A stretch of DNA of 56,408 bases, from assembly GCF_000315625.1 (NCBI RefSeq), contig NW_005434593.1:1-56408 (forward strand). The letters are read 5' to 3'. This DNA comes from Guillardia theta CCMP2712 (taxonomy: Eukaryota; Protista; Cryptophyta). The notes below the pieces were generated by a model, which made no database searches, was not told the DNA's origin, and saw only the letters and a program-made list of their open reading frames with translations. The translations under genes and the position numbers were made by a program. Shown here piece after piece: positions 14,119 through 25,548 of this stretch (position 1 is the first letter of the stretch; every line of letters begins with the position of its first letter).

Positions 14119-14137
14119 CGTGATGGTGAGCTGCTGA
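9891..14137 (+). CDS. Multi-exon protein: hydrophobic N-terminus, LRGG motif, LOTUS/OST-HTH-like segment, Zc3h12a/Regnase-type PIN (NYN) ribonuclease domain, poly-Q tail
   Basis: The exon at 13450-14137 reads LFDEGLVKFTPAGGDDDAFIIQYAWESDGWIVSNDNYREF...DWLTRRKIFYAFLGTTFIP, matching the Regnase/N4BP1 motif DDxFIxxxAxxxDGxIVSNDxYRD/E. Exon 1 (9891-10429) plus the exon near 11389 gives MRLLLKDVGAKGIEEEEAVEKYQDMYSEDLRRQMQMKSWMEFCRK. Further exons lie at ~11730-11819 and 12251-12462. Linking these exons into one gene crosses two gaps. Confidence 0.7.
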
Positions 14138-14167
14138 CGCTGGTGCGGGGTATGCAGCAACAGCAGC

Positions 14168-14198
<31 letters not shown>

Positions 14199-14213
14199 CG
14201 TGATGGTGAGCTG
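14045..14213 (+). repeat. Tandem duplication of ~83/80 bp including the CAG (poly-Q) tract
   Basis: GAGCTGCTGACGCTGGTGCGGGGTATG(CAR)nCCCGTGATGGT occurs twice (from 14045 and 14128), followed by a third GAGCTG at 14208. Confidence 0.95.
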
Positions 14214-14427
14214 AACGACGGGAGGAGGAGGGAAGGAGAAGGGGAAGGAGCGGGAGTGCAGGAGGAAGTTAAGGAGGAGGAAGTGAACAAGAAGTTGAGG
14301 AGGAGGGAGGGAGAGAGGGAGGGAGGAGGGAGGAGGTACAGGTTATCAAGTAGTATTCTAGCAAATAATCTCAAGTGTACAACTTTCTCCTCCTCCAAAG
14401 GTATCGAAGAGAATTCCCCAGCTGCCT

Positions 14428-17400
14428 TCAAGCTGAGCCTCCTGAAGCCACGTCATCTTGCCATCTCCTCTCCCTCTTCCTCCCTCTTCCTCCCTCTTCC
14501 TCCCTCCCTCTTCCTCTGTCTCTTCCCCTCCCCCCGCCCCTCCTCTTTATCTTTCTCTTCCTCACCTGGAGCCCCTGGAGCTCCCGCAGCTCCCTGCAGC
14601 AGCTCTCAGTCACCAGCCTCCTCCTCTCCCTCCACATCATCTTCCCACTCCTCTCTCTCTCTCCTCCTCATGCCCCATCATCTTCGTCCTCCTCCTCTAC
14701 CTGCGGCCCCCTCACTCCCGGCCGGCCCGGCGGCCCTTGCGGTCCGTCCTGGGCAGTCTCTCCACGAGCTCCAATCGGGCCCGGCAGGCCCGGCAGGCCC
14801 GGCATCCCTACAGCCCGTCAGTGACCCGTCCAGCTCTACTGCACTCTTCCAGCTCACCGTGAGCTCCCACCACTCCCGGCGCCCCGGTCTCCCCGGTCGG
14901 GCCCCGGGCTCCCGGTGGGCCTGGTGGGCCCGGAGGTCCCTGGAGTTCTCAGTCAGGCCTTAGGAGAAGCCCAGCAGCAGACCCACCTGTGGCCCAGCCT
15001 TCCCCTCCGCTCCTTCCTTCCCTGGTACCCCGTCCTTGCCCGCAGCTCCTGCATCACCAGGCGCTCCAGTGCGTCCTCGGGGGCCCGGGTAGCCTGCAAC
15101 CCAACGGTCAGCACTGCCGGTGGGCTGCAGCTGGGGGAGGAGACCTGGCGGTCCCTTGGGCCCATCCAGCCCAGGGCGTCCTGGAAGACCGTCTGGGGGA
15201 GGAGTCAGGAAGTGACTTCGACGCCTCCTCCTCCTCCCTCACCCTTCCCGTCCGAGCCGTTGAGACCTGCAGGCTCGCCAAGGTCAGCTACAGCCCAGCA
15301 GGGGGAGGAAGCTGGACGTCACCTGGGGATCCAGCGGGACCCATCGGGCCTCGGGGTCCTCGCACGCCAATGGGACCGGTCACCCCCTGCCGCAGGAGGG
15401 CGTCAGGCGGCGAACTCAAGAGCTAGGCTCCTGCTGGGGACTCACCCTCGGACCAGGTAGTCCAGTTGGACCCCTCACTCCTGGGACTGAGGTGGAAAGT
15501 CACTCACAGCTGGGAATGGAGGGGGAGGGGAGGGGGTTGGGGTGGTTGGGAGGTTCGGGGGGTTCCGTGTGCCCTACCTGCGACGCCATAAGCTGGTTTC
15601 CCCCTGTACCCGCGGGGACCTGGCGGGCCTGCGAGAAAGTCAAACTTGAAGCCCAAGGGCAGAGGAGGAAGAGAGAGAAGGAGGGAGCGGGAAGGAGTGG
15701 GAGGAAGATCAAGGAAGAGAGGAGAGGGAAGTGTAAAGACGCGGAAAGAGGGGGAGGGAACAACCGGGGAGAGTGAAGGGAGCGAGGGGAGGGGAAGGAT
15801 GAAGACATCGAGGGGGAGAGTACACCTGGGGGGCCGGGTAGTCCAGGATCTCCTCGCTGCCCTCGAGACTTCCTTATGCGTCGCACCATCCTCTTCAAGT
15901 CCTCGTGCTGTCTCTCAAGGTCTGCCATGGCGATCAGTCGCGTGCGAGGAGGAGCGGGTGACGACCTTCGACTGTGTCCTTCTCACTCTGATAGTCCTCC
16001 TTGGTGTTCTCTAGCTGCTTCGCCAGCCCCGTCACCTCTGGGAGTAGCTGCTCAACCTGCCAGTCCACGTCACTGCCAGGGGGAGGGACGACGAGGAGGG
16101 AGGGAGAGGAGGGCGAAGGAAGAGGGAGGGAAGGGAGAGGGAGGGAGAGGGAGGGAGGGAGAGGGAGGGAGGGAGAGGATTGAGAGGTTATGCGAGGGAT
16201 GGAAGGCGGAGGCTAGTCTGCAGCACCTTCGAGATGCTGTCTGCAGTCTGCTGCTCCCTTGCCATCACCAGCTCTGCTTCCTGTGCTCAGCATCAGCCAC
16301 CGTACTCTTCCCCCTCCTTCTCCTGAGCCTCCCAGCACCTCAGGGCTCAGGGTCACATGCAGAGTGCCGGAGAGAACGTAGTTGCCCAGGTCCTTGGTCA
16401 CCGAGACACAGGGAGAGCCTGTCGCCATCTTCAGCCTCCCCCAACCGTCCTTCACCTCACACTCTTCAGCTCCACCCTAGTCCCCCCCCCCCCCCCACCG
16501 ACTCCTCCACAATCCTTTCAGCCTCCCTCTCCCCTGATCTTCCCACCCCCTCCCCTCCTCCCTCGTATCCCAACCTGACATTCATCCCCTTCCTTCCACT
16601 CTCCCACGAATGCCTCCCGCTCCCTCCCTCCTTCACCCTCAGCTCCATCTACCGGGACAAGGCTTCGAGGACTCCTCGGACTCGTTCTCCTCCTCTCCTT
16701 CCTCTTCTCCGCTGTCGCTCTTGCTCGCCCCCTCAGTCTCGCTGCTCTCCTCCGCCTCCTCGGCAAGTTTCTACAAGACGTCAGGACTCGCTCGATCCAC
16801 CAACAACCTCCACCTGCGCTGCTGCAGCCGCACTCTCTGCCTTCCTGACGTTGCTCATGCTCGCCTTGTGCGCTGGGTCTGATGTCACAACGAGAATCGT
16901 GGGTGAGGAGGAGGAGAATGAACAAGGGGAGGGAGGAGCAACAACTTGGAAGGAAAGGAGGGAGCAGGAAAAGGAAGGAGGGAGCAGGGAAAGGAAGGAG
17001 GGAGGAGGAGGCGGAAGGGAGGAGGAGAAGTTGAAGAGGAGAAAGAGTAGGACCGATTGTTGCGAGCGTCTTGTGAGCTCGTGCAGTGCTGTGCTGGCGG
17101 TGAGCTGGGAGGAGGTGAGCTGGGGGTCAGAGGAAGAGGAGGAACGGCAACCATGAATGCTCTTGAGGCTCTTGGAAGGAGAATGAGAAAGGAGAGCCTC
17201 TCTCTCTACAGGATGAGACATCTGCTGCATAGCAACTTCAGAAAGGAGATAGCAGGTAACTAGAGGAGGCAGCAGGTGGCTAGAGAGAGGGAGCAAGTGG
17301 CAGGTGGGACTGGTGGAGCTACCGAAGTCTGGAACGCTACAACGAGGGCGATGGCGGCGATTGCACCAACGATGATCCCGATGTACCTGGAGGACAAGAT

Positions 17401-17805
17401 GTCAAAGAAGAGAGAAAGAGAGGAGGAGAACTTCAGATACATCCTCCTCGCCGCTCCTGACTTGTGCAGTAGTGACGTGCTGTCACTCGGAGCCTCATGG
17501 GACGACGGGAACCTGCGGGCACGTATGAGAGGATGGAGGAGCGTTGGAGGAGATTGGCAGAGGGAGAGAGAGAGAGGACAGGAGAGAAGAAGCAGAAAAC
17601 CAGAGAGAGGAGGCGGGGGTGGTGTTAAGTGGATCTGTAAGGAGGAGGAGGAGGAGGAGGAGGAGGAGGAGGAGGAGGAGGAGGAGGAGGAGGAGGAGGA
17701 GNNNNNNNNNNNNNNNNNNNNNNNNNNNNNNNNNNNNNNNNNNNNNNNNNNNNNNNNNNNNNNNNNNNNNNNNNNNNNNNNNNNNNNNNNNNNNNNNNNN
17801 NGAGG

Positions 17806-17838
<33 letters not shown>

Positions 17839-17968
17839 TGCAGGAGCAGGGGCAGCAGCAGCAGGAGGAGGAGCAGCAGCAGGAGGAGGAGCAGGAGCAG
17901 GAGCAGGAGCTGAGTGCTGGCGGGGATTGTTGAGCTGCCATTTACCAGTTTCCCATCGTCGTCGCCAT
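14428..17968 (-). CDS. Collagen-like (Gly-X-Y) protein with N-terminal membrane anchor and short coiled coil, multi-exon
   Basis: Spliced reading: MATTMGNW|FPSSHEAPSDSTSLLHKSGAARRM|YIGIIVGAIAAIALVVAFQTS (TM) ... MADLERQHEDLKRMVRRIRKSRGQRGDPGLPGPPG|PPGPRGYRGKP...|PGVRGPTGLPGPR|GVTGPIGVRGPRGPMGPAGSPG...|GAAGAPGAPG|GSA*, with canonical GT-AG boundaries. Confidence 0.8.
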
Positions 17969-17989
17969 GAAGAGTCGCGGGACTCGAAA

Positions 17990-18128
17990 GGTGGGGGTAC
18001 TCCTAGGCCAGAAGTAGGGGTATGCGTGACTTTCGCAAAGGAGGGTAGGGTAGTCACAGTACCCCCTATAATCCTATGGATTCAAAGGACAATAGGAGGT
18101 ACCTGACATGAGGGGTAGGGTAGGGGTG
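17990..18128. promoter_or_regulatory. GGGTA-motif cluster in a divergent intergenic region
   Basis: GGGGTAC, GGGGTATG, GGGTAGGGTAG, GTACCCCC and GGGGTAGGGTAGGGGTG immediately upstream of the minus-strand ATG at 17968. Confidence 0.4.
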
Positions 18129-18603
18129 ATGACGAGAGCGAAAATTGGATGAACGCAATCAGAATGGTGACAATACAGTGACGAGAAACGGAGAAGGGAG
18201 AGGAGGAGAGGAGAGGAGAGGAGAGGAGAGGAGAGGAGAGGAGAGAAGATGGCAGAGTCGAAGTGAGAGGGAGAAACAGGTCAACGCAGAGAGAAGGGCA
18301 GGAGAGGGAAATGCATTACAAAGATTGAGATCGAGGTCGAGTATGATCAGCTCTGCTCGACTCTGATCACAAGGGGATTGGCAAGGCCAAGAGAAGTGCA
18401 TGAAGGAATCTTTTGCGATTATCAAGAATCGTGGCAGTCTGGATTGATCATGAGGATGGGAAGGCAGGCATTTACCTCTGACTGTGCTGTTGTCGTGTAC
18501 GTGATGACTGTCAATATGCTAAACACGTTGACGTCAGGGTCACTAAGGATGTCTGAGGGAATCAGACGAGACTAGCACTGCTCGCCTCCTCGACACACAC
18601 AAG

Positions 18604-20090
18604 ATGTACCAACAGGCAGCTGCCGATGAATCCAAGAGATCCAGTCGTGGCATGCTCGCGCTGCTGTCGGCCTTGGTGCTGCTGGTGGGGGATGCGCTCT
18701 AGTGGGTTCAAGGCAAGACCTGGGGCAGGCGAGTCTTCCGTCCTGCTCCTCCTGTCACGCTGACGAGAGATGGCATGGCAGGGGCTGGTGCTGCTGGAGC
18801 AGGGGAACCGAGGGAGGGTGCTTGCGATAGAAAGGACGTCCAACGAGCTGAAGAAGAAAGCAAAGATCGAGGACGAGCGAGCAAGGGCGCTGAGGAAGCA
18901 GGTGCTGGGTCTAGCAGGAAGAGGAGGAGGAGGAGGAGGAGGAGGAGGAGGAGGAGGAGGAGGAGGAGGAGGAGGAGGAGATCACTGACGAGCTGCAGGC
19001 CAACATCGACTACGACAAGGCAGAGGAGCTGCTCAAGGACGTTGGGATCACGACGCACTGGGTGGGGCAGATGGCGAGGGAGGAGGCGTCGCTGAGCGAG
19101 GAGATGAGGATGGATAAGGAGAACATCAAGGAGGACAAGAGGAAGCTGCTGCACGTGAGAGCGAACATGCGGCTGAGCAGGGGAGGAGGCGGGATGACAT
19201 GGCGGCAGGTGGAAGTGCTCAAGAAGGAGATCGCGAAGCTAAAGTCTGTCCTGCAAGAGAGGCAGAAGAAGCTCGATGCCTCCAAGCAGCTCCTCGCCTC
19301 TACTCGCAGTGACCTGCTCCGGGACCAGCGGCGGCATCAGGCGCAGGAGAAGAACGTGGCAAGGCTGCTGCATCAGGCCGATACCTTTGCGGACGAGGCG
19401 GAGAAGTCGTTGAAGCGATCGCAGCAGCTGCGCCTGTCGTCGGAGTCCTCGTTCAAGGACCAGGCCTCCGAGGAGACGGCGGCCGACGACTTCCAGAAGG
19501 CCAACAAGCTCAAGAGAGCGTCCTCGGTCGACACCAGGAAGGCGCTAGACGCGCGTTCCAAGGCTCGTCTCGGCCAGGTCTGCTCGCCTGCCCGACTGAC
19601 GTCGGAGCTTACGGGGCGCAGGAGTACGTGGCGATGCTGAAACAGATGGTTGCTAAGGAGCGGAGGGACGTGGCGGTGGACCGAAAGCTGAGGGACCAGG
19701 ACGTTGCCGGTGCGAGCAAGGTAACTCGTCGTCCTCTGAGCCCTCTGAGCCTCCGCTGAGACCTCAAGCAGGAGCAGTCGGCGGTGGACCGCCTGCTCAA
19801 GGAGGAGAAGCAGCTGTCAAGACCCTCCCTGCTGGCAGAGGAGGCGGCGACCAAGTCAGACCTCGTGAAGGTGCAGGAGCGGCTCAAGGAGGAGGAGGCT
19901 GCGGTGAGGGAGAAGGAGGCGAGAGGGTCCAGTGACCCCCCAGCAGGTGACGCACAAGCAGACGGAGGCGAAGAGGGAGCAGCTGAGGGCGATGCACCTG
20001 CTGCACATGTCCCACAAGCTGCAGGGAAAGGCGGCCGACGCGCTCGCGGCCTCGACCAAGACCATTCAGATGGAGGAGAAGGAGGCGTGA
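18604..20090 (+). CDS. Multi-exon coiled-coil protein with N-terminal signal/anchor
   Basis: MYQQAAADESKRSSRGMLALLSALVLL, then exons SNELKKKAKIEDERARALRKQ, VEVLKKEIAKLKSVLQERQKKLDASKQLL... and AVDRLLKEEKQL...; ends MEEKEA* at 20090. Introns are short GT-AG. Confidence 0.7.
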
Positions 20091-20523
20091 GCAGCCGAGG
20101 GAGGAGAGGGGAGGAGGAGAGGGGAGGAGGAGGAGAGGAGACGACGCTGAGAGAATGAAGGAGAGGAGCGAGGAAGGGTGATGAGTCAACTTTAGTGAAT
20201 AGATGAGAGTAAGACGGGTGAGTTTGTTTGGGCTCTAGACTCGATGATAGGCTGCTATGTAGCTGCCAACTGCAACTCGAGCAAGATTCCCGCATTCTAC
20301 AGCTGCATCACTGTTGACAGCCGCAGTTTTGATTGTTGTACGAATACTTGGAAGTCTCATAGTGTTTTGACACCATGGACCTGAACCGGGAATGTATCAA
20401 TCAGTCAAACTTGGCTGTAAGAGACAGAAGGTGGCCGGGCAGGATATCGCTTCGAGCATCTCCACGATTATACGTTTTTATTGCGTTAATGTTTGCTCTA
20501 ATCTACATGAGTGTCTTTCGAGT

Positions 20524-20835
20524 CTACAAGACTAGGCCTTCGCCAGTCGCTGAGATGACCTCAGGTCGGTCTTTGTCTTCAATCAATCTGATTGAATGCA
20601 CAAGCGCCTCCAGTTGTTTGCTTCTTGACGGGCAGCCGTAAAGCTCCCGTCGGCCTTCCTCGGATAGCGGAAGGATCGCTTTGGAGTGGCTCGCTCTATC
20701 TTGATACTTGATCTCTGCTTGGACCCTCCTGGACACGTCCCGGAAAGATGAAGCATCTGCTCTATCAGCATGCTCGTCGAAGCTTGCCAAGGAGAGGTCA
20801 GGGAAGCTGGGTTGTTGGTCTACCTCGAGGTTCAT
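20524..20835 (-). CDS. Array ORF-A copy 1, 103 aa orphan
   Basis: ATG-to-TAG ORF of identical length in all six units; AATAAA on the minus strand ~40 nt past the stop (20477-20482). Confidence 0.5.
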   Translation of the reverse strand: MNLEVDQQPSFPDLSLASFDEHADRADASSFRDVSRRVQAEIKYQDRASHSKAILPLSEEGRRELYGCPSRSKQLEALVHSIRLIEDKDRPEVISATGEGLVL

Positions 20836-21530
20836 CGCTGCTCTTCACTCTTGGGGGAGTAGCTTGACAGGGAAGATGCTTTGAGTGTCGGCCGGCTGCT
20901 GGGCGGGGAGATGAAGCACAAGGAGACTGACTCGTGCTGGGGAGAGAGGCGGGGGGTTGGGTTGCAGTATCTCTTCTCATCCCGTCCTGATAAAGCAGCA
21001 AGAGGGTGCGTTCTTTGCCTAGATCGACAGGTTGTGTAGTAATCGGTTTCAACTCATGGAGTCACGTACCGAGTAGGAATAAAGTCATGCTTCGACAATG
21101 TAAAGGTCATGGCCGCCCCATCGATACGATGCGATCTTGAGTCGGCGTTGACGTGCGAGGAAGCCAAGGGAGCTGCTTTCCGGGAGGCGCTGCAATCCTC
21201 AACGGCATCCGTGACCTCCCCGGTCATCGAGCTCTTCGATCCGATGCGAATGATCTTCCATGGTCTTCTATTCGATCAGTCGAAGGCATGACCATGGCAT
21301 GATCTTGTCAGCAGCTCCTCCGCCTGCCCGCCATCCGATGCGTAAGCCCGTCCCCCTGCTTCAGTCCCATCCAACCGTTGCGATTCTCAGTCACTTCCCG
21401 ACCTGCCTCCACCTCGTTGCCCCTTACAAGAGCCTTCGCTCCGCCTCGCGCTCAATCCTCCGCACCTGCCCCCCTCCCCTCTCGTCCTCCTCCCAGTACC
21501 CCCCGCCCTCTCCTGAGCCCTCGCCCCGTC

Positions 21531-21860
21531 ATGTCTTCCTCCTCCCACGACTGGCAAGCCTCCCTCGTCCCCCTCGTCCCTCCCCTCCCGCCCCAGACGG
21601 CCCCGCTGCTTCGCGTCTACCTTGTGCTGGCGGTGGGCATGCTGGCGGGGCTGGCCGGCGCTCTCGCGCAGGGAGTCGCCTGGCTCCTGCAAGACGACGG
21701 CATCGACTCCCCCGACGCTCTGGACTCTTGTCTCCGGCTCCCGTCGGCCCCCCGCCCGGACGCCGAGCGGGCGAGGAGCCATGGCGGCTTCGACAGGCGG
21801 AGGCTGCAGCAGCCGCACTTCAACCAGACCTTCAGGGTCAGGCGCGTCGGCGTCGTCTAG
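21531..21860 (+). CDS. Array ORF-B copy 1, 109 aa single-TM orphan
   Basis: MSSSSHDWQ...LLRVYLVLAVGMLAGLAGALAQGVAWLL...FRVRRVGVV*; GC-rich third codon positions; AATAAA ~38 nt downstream. Confidence 0.55.
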   Translation: MSSSSHDWQASLVPLVPPLPPQTAPLLRVYLVLAVGMLAGLAGALAQGVAWLLQDDGIDSPDALDSCLRLPSAPRPDAERARSHGGFDRRRLQQPHFNQTFRVRRVGVV

Positions 21861-22524
21861 GCAGGCGTCGCCATGTACACTAGGCAGCCATGTAGAGTAA
21901 TAAACCGCACCACATGACCTCAGTCGCCTCGCGCGTCCTGGCGGAGTCAGCGGGGGAAGGGGAGGAAGAGAGGAGGAGCAAGAGAAGGGAGGGGCAAGAG
22001 CGTGGGGCGGAGAGTCAATAGAAGAAGGAGGAAAGAGACGAGGAGGGAGTCGGCACTGGCGCGAGGAGGCTTGTAGGTGCTGGAAGATGGGGATCAGGAC
22101 AGGAGGAGGGGGGCGAATCTTGCATCATCACACTCACTGTCATGGGTGCATCGTGGTGTTGGGTAGGATGTGCTTGCATGCTGTTGGTGCTGGAGCTTGC
22201 TGAGCGAGATGAGGTCTCGCCTACCTCCTTCGCATCACAGGATTGCACTCCAAGGCGTGTATGGTTGGATCTGTATGCATGTGCTGCAATCATCATGTGA
22301 TAGATCGTCAAGCATCATCACATGTTGAGAGTTGATGAGAGAGACTTTTGCTTGAGAGCCGGTCATTGTGTCTCTCTCGATGTAGACTAGCAGCAGTGTA
22401 GACTACGTGTAGAGCTGCTCTCTGCCAGAAACTGGCCGGGCAGGATATCGCTTCGAGCATCTCCACGATTATATGTTTTCATTGCGTTAATGTTTGCTCT
22501 AATCTACATGAGTGTCTTTCGAGT

Positions 22525-22836
22525 CTACAAGACTAGGCCTTCGCCAGTCGCTGAGATGACCTCAGGTCGGTCTTTGTCTTCAATCAATCTGATTGAATGC
22601 ACAAGCGCCTCCAGTTGTTTGCTTCTTGACGGGCAGCCGTAAAGCTCCCGTCGGCCTTCCTCGGATAGCGGAAGGATCGCTTTGGAGTGGCTCGCTCTAT
22701 CTTGATACCTGATCTCTGCTTGGACCCTCCTGGACACGTCCCGGAAAGATGAAGCATCTGCTCCATCAGCATGCTCGTCGAAGCTTGCCAAGGAGAGGTC
22801 AGGGAAGCTGGGTGGATGGTCTACCTCGAGGTTCAT
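22525..22836 (-). CDS. Array ORF-A copy 2
   Basis: Same 103 aa frame, substitutions only. Confidence 0.5.
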   Translation of the reverse strand: MNLEVDHPPSFPDLSLASFDEHADGADASSFRDVSRRVQAEIRYQDRASHSKAILPLSEEGRRELYGCPSRSKQLEALVHSIRLIEDKDRPEVISATGEGLVL

Positions 22837-23533
22837 CGCTGCTCTTCACTCTTGGGGGAGTAGCTTGACAGGGAAGATGCTTTGAGTGTCGGCCGGCTGC
22901 TGGGCGGGGAGATGAAGCACAAGGAGACTGACTCGTGCTGGGGAGAGAGGCGGGGGGTTGGGTTGCAGTCTCTCTTCTCATCCCGTCCTGATAAAGCAGC
23001 GAGAGGATGCGTTCTTTACCTAGATCGACAGGTTGTGGAGTAATCGATTTCAACTCATGGAGTCACGTACCGAGTAGGAATAAAGTCATGCTTCGACAAT
23101 GTAAAGGTCATGGCCGTCCCATCGATACGATGCGATCTTGAGTCGGCGTTGACGTGCGAGGAAGCCAAGGGAGCTGCTTTCCGGGAGGCGCTGCAATCCT
23201 CAACGGCATCCGTGACCTCCCCGGTCATCGAGCTCTTCGATCCGATGCGAATGATTCTATTCGATCAGTCGAAGGCATGACCATGGCATGATCTTGTCAG
23301 CAACTCCTTCGCCTGCCCGCCATCCGATGCGTAAGCCCGTCCCCCTGCTTCAGTCCCATCCATCCTTTTGCGTTTCTGCGTCACTCCCCGACGTGCCTCA
23401 CCCGCATGACCGGCGGGGGGGCTCGTTGCCCCTTACAAGAGCCTTCGCTCCGCCTCCCTCCTCCACACCTGCCCCCCTCCCCTCTCGTCCTCCACCCAGT
23501 ACCCCCCGCCCTCTCCTGAGCCCTCGCCCCGTC

Positions 23534-23863
23534 ATGTCTTCCTCCTCCCACGACTGGCAAGCCTCCCTCGTCCCCCTCGTCCCTCCCCTCCCGCCCCAGA
23601 CGGCCCCGCTGCTTCGCGTCTACCTTGTGCTGGCGGTGGGCATGCTGGCGGGGCTGGCCGGCGCTCTCGCGCAGGGAGTCGCCTGGCTCCTGCAAGACGA
23701 CGGCATCGACTCCCCCGACGCTCTGGACTCTTGTCTCCGGCTCCCGTCGGCCCCCCGCCCGGACGCCGAGCGGGCGAGGAGCCATGGCGGCTTCGACAGG
23801 CGGAGGCTGCAGCAGCCGCACTTCAACCAGACCTTCAGGGTCAGGCGCGTCGGCGTCGTCTAG
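23534..23863 (+). CDS. Array ORF-B copy 2
   Basis: Same 109 aa frame. Confidence 0.55.
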   Translation: MSSSSHDWQASLVPLVPPLPPQTAPLLRVYLVLAVGMLAGLAGALAQGVAWLLQDDGIDSPDALDSCLRLPSAPRPDAERARSHGGFDRRRLQQPHFNQTFRVRRVGVV

Positions 23864-24527
23864 GCAGGCGTCGCCATGTACACTAGGCAGCCATGTAGAG
23901 TAATAAACCGCACCACATGACCTCAGTCGCCTCGCGCGTCCTGGCGGAGTCAGCGGGGGAAGGGGAGGAAGAGAGGAGGAGCAAGAGAAGGGAGGGGCAA
24001 GAGCGTGGGGCGGAGAGTCAATAGAAGAAGGAGGAAAGAGACGAGGAGGGAGTCGGCACTGGCGCGAGGAGGCTTGTAGGTGCTGGAAGATGGGGATCAG
24101 GACAGGAGGAGGGGGGCGAATCTTGCATCATCACACTCACTGTCATGGGTGCATCGTGGTGTTGGGTAGGATGTGCTTGCATGCTGTTGGTGCTGGAGCT
24201 TGCTGAGCGAGATGAGGTCTCGCCTACCTCCTTCGCATCACAGGATTGCACTCCAAGGCGTGTATGGTTGGATCTGTATGCATGTGCTGCAATCATCATG
24301 TGATAGATCGTCAAGCATCATCACATGTTGAGAGTTGATGAGAGAGACTTTTGCTTGAGAGCCGGTCATTGTGTCTCTCTCGATGTAGACTAGCAGCAGT
24401 GTAGACTACGTGTAGAGCTGCTCTCTGCCAGAAACTGGCCGGGCAGGATATCGCTTCGAGCATCTCCACGATTATATGTTTTCATTGCGTTAATGTTTGC
24501 TCTAATCTACATGAGTGTCTTTCGAGT

Positions 24528-24839
24528 CTACAAGACTAGGCCTTCGCCAGTCGCTGAGATGACCTCAGGTCGGTCTTTGTCTTCAATCAATCTGATTGAA
24601 TGCACAAGCGCCTCCAGTTGTTTGCTTCTTGACGGGCAGCCGTAAAGCTCCCGTCGGCCTTGCTCGGATAGCGGAAGGATCGCTTTGGAGTGGCTCGCTC
24701 TATCTTGATACCTGATCTCTGCTTGGACCCTCCTGGACACGTCCCGGAAAGATGAAGCATCTGCTCCATCAGCATGCTCGTCGAAGCTTGCCAAGGAGAG
24801 GTCAGGGAAGCTGGGTGGATGGTCTACCTCGAGGTTCAT
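24528..24839 (-). CDS. Array ORF-A copy 3
   Basis: Same 103 aa frame. Confidence 0.5.
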   Translation of the reverse strand: MNLEVDHPPSFPDLSLASFDEHADGADASSFRDVSRRVQAEIRYQDRASHSKAILPLSEQGRRELYGCPSRSKQLEALVHSIRLIEDKDRPEVISATGEGLVL

Positions 24840-25548
24840 CGCTGCTCTTCACTCTTGGGGGAGTAGCTTGACAGGGAAGATGCTTTGAGTGTCGGCCGGC
24901 TGCTGGGCGGGGAGATGAAGCACAAGGAGACTGACTCGTGCTGGGGAGAGAGGCGGGGGGTTGGGTTGCAGTCTCTCTTCTCATCCCGTCCTGATAAAGC
25001 AGCGAGAGGATGCGTTCTTTACCTAGATCGACAGGTTGTGGAGTAATCGATTTCAACTCATGGAGTCACGTACCGAGTAGGAATAAAGTCATGCTTCGAC
25101 AATGTAAAGGTCATGGCCGCCCCATCGATACGATGCGATCTTGAGTCGGCGTTGACGTGCGAGGAAGCCAAGGGAGCTGCTTTCCGGGAGGCGCTGCAAT
25201 CCTCAACGGCATCCGTGACCTCCCCGGTCATCGAGCTCTTCGATCCGATGCGAATGATCTTCCATGGTCTTCTATTCGATCAGTCGAAGGCATGACCATG
25301 GCATGATCTTGTCAGCAACTCCTTCGCCTGCCCGCCATCCGATGCGTAAGCCCGTCCCCCTGCTTCAGTCCCATCCATCCGTTTGCGTTTCTCAGTCACT
25401 CCCCGACGTGCCTCACCCGCATGACCGGCGGGGGGGCTCGTTGCCCCTTACAAGAGCCTTCGCTCCGCCTCCCTCCTCCACACCTGCCCCCCTCCCCTCT
25501 CGTCCTCCACCCAGTACCCCCCGCCCTCTCCTGAGCCCTCGCCCCGTC

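Noticed and set aside
22015-22311. Third array ORF (MTIYHMMIA...) on the minus strand
   Set aside because: It has a non-ATG first codon, variable length (94-143 aa) with shifting C-termini between copies, and is absent from unit 6.
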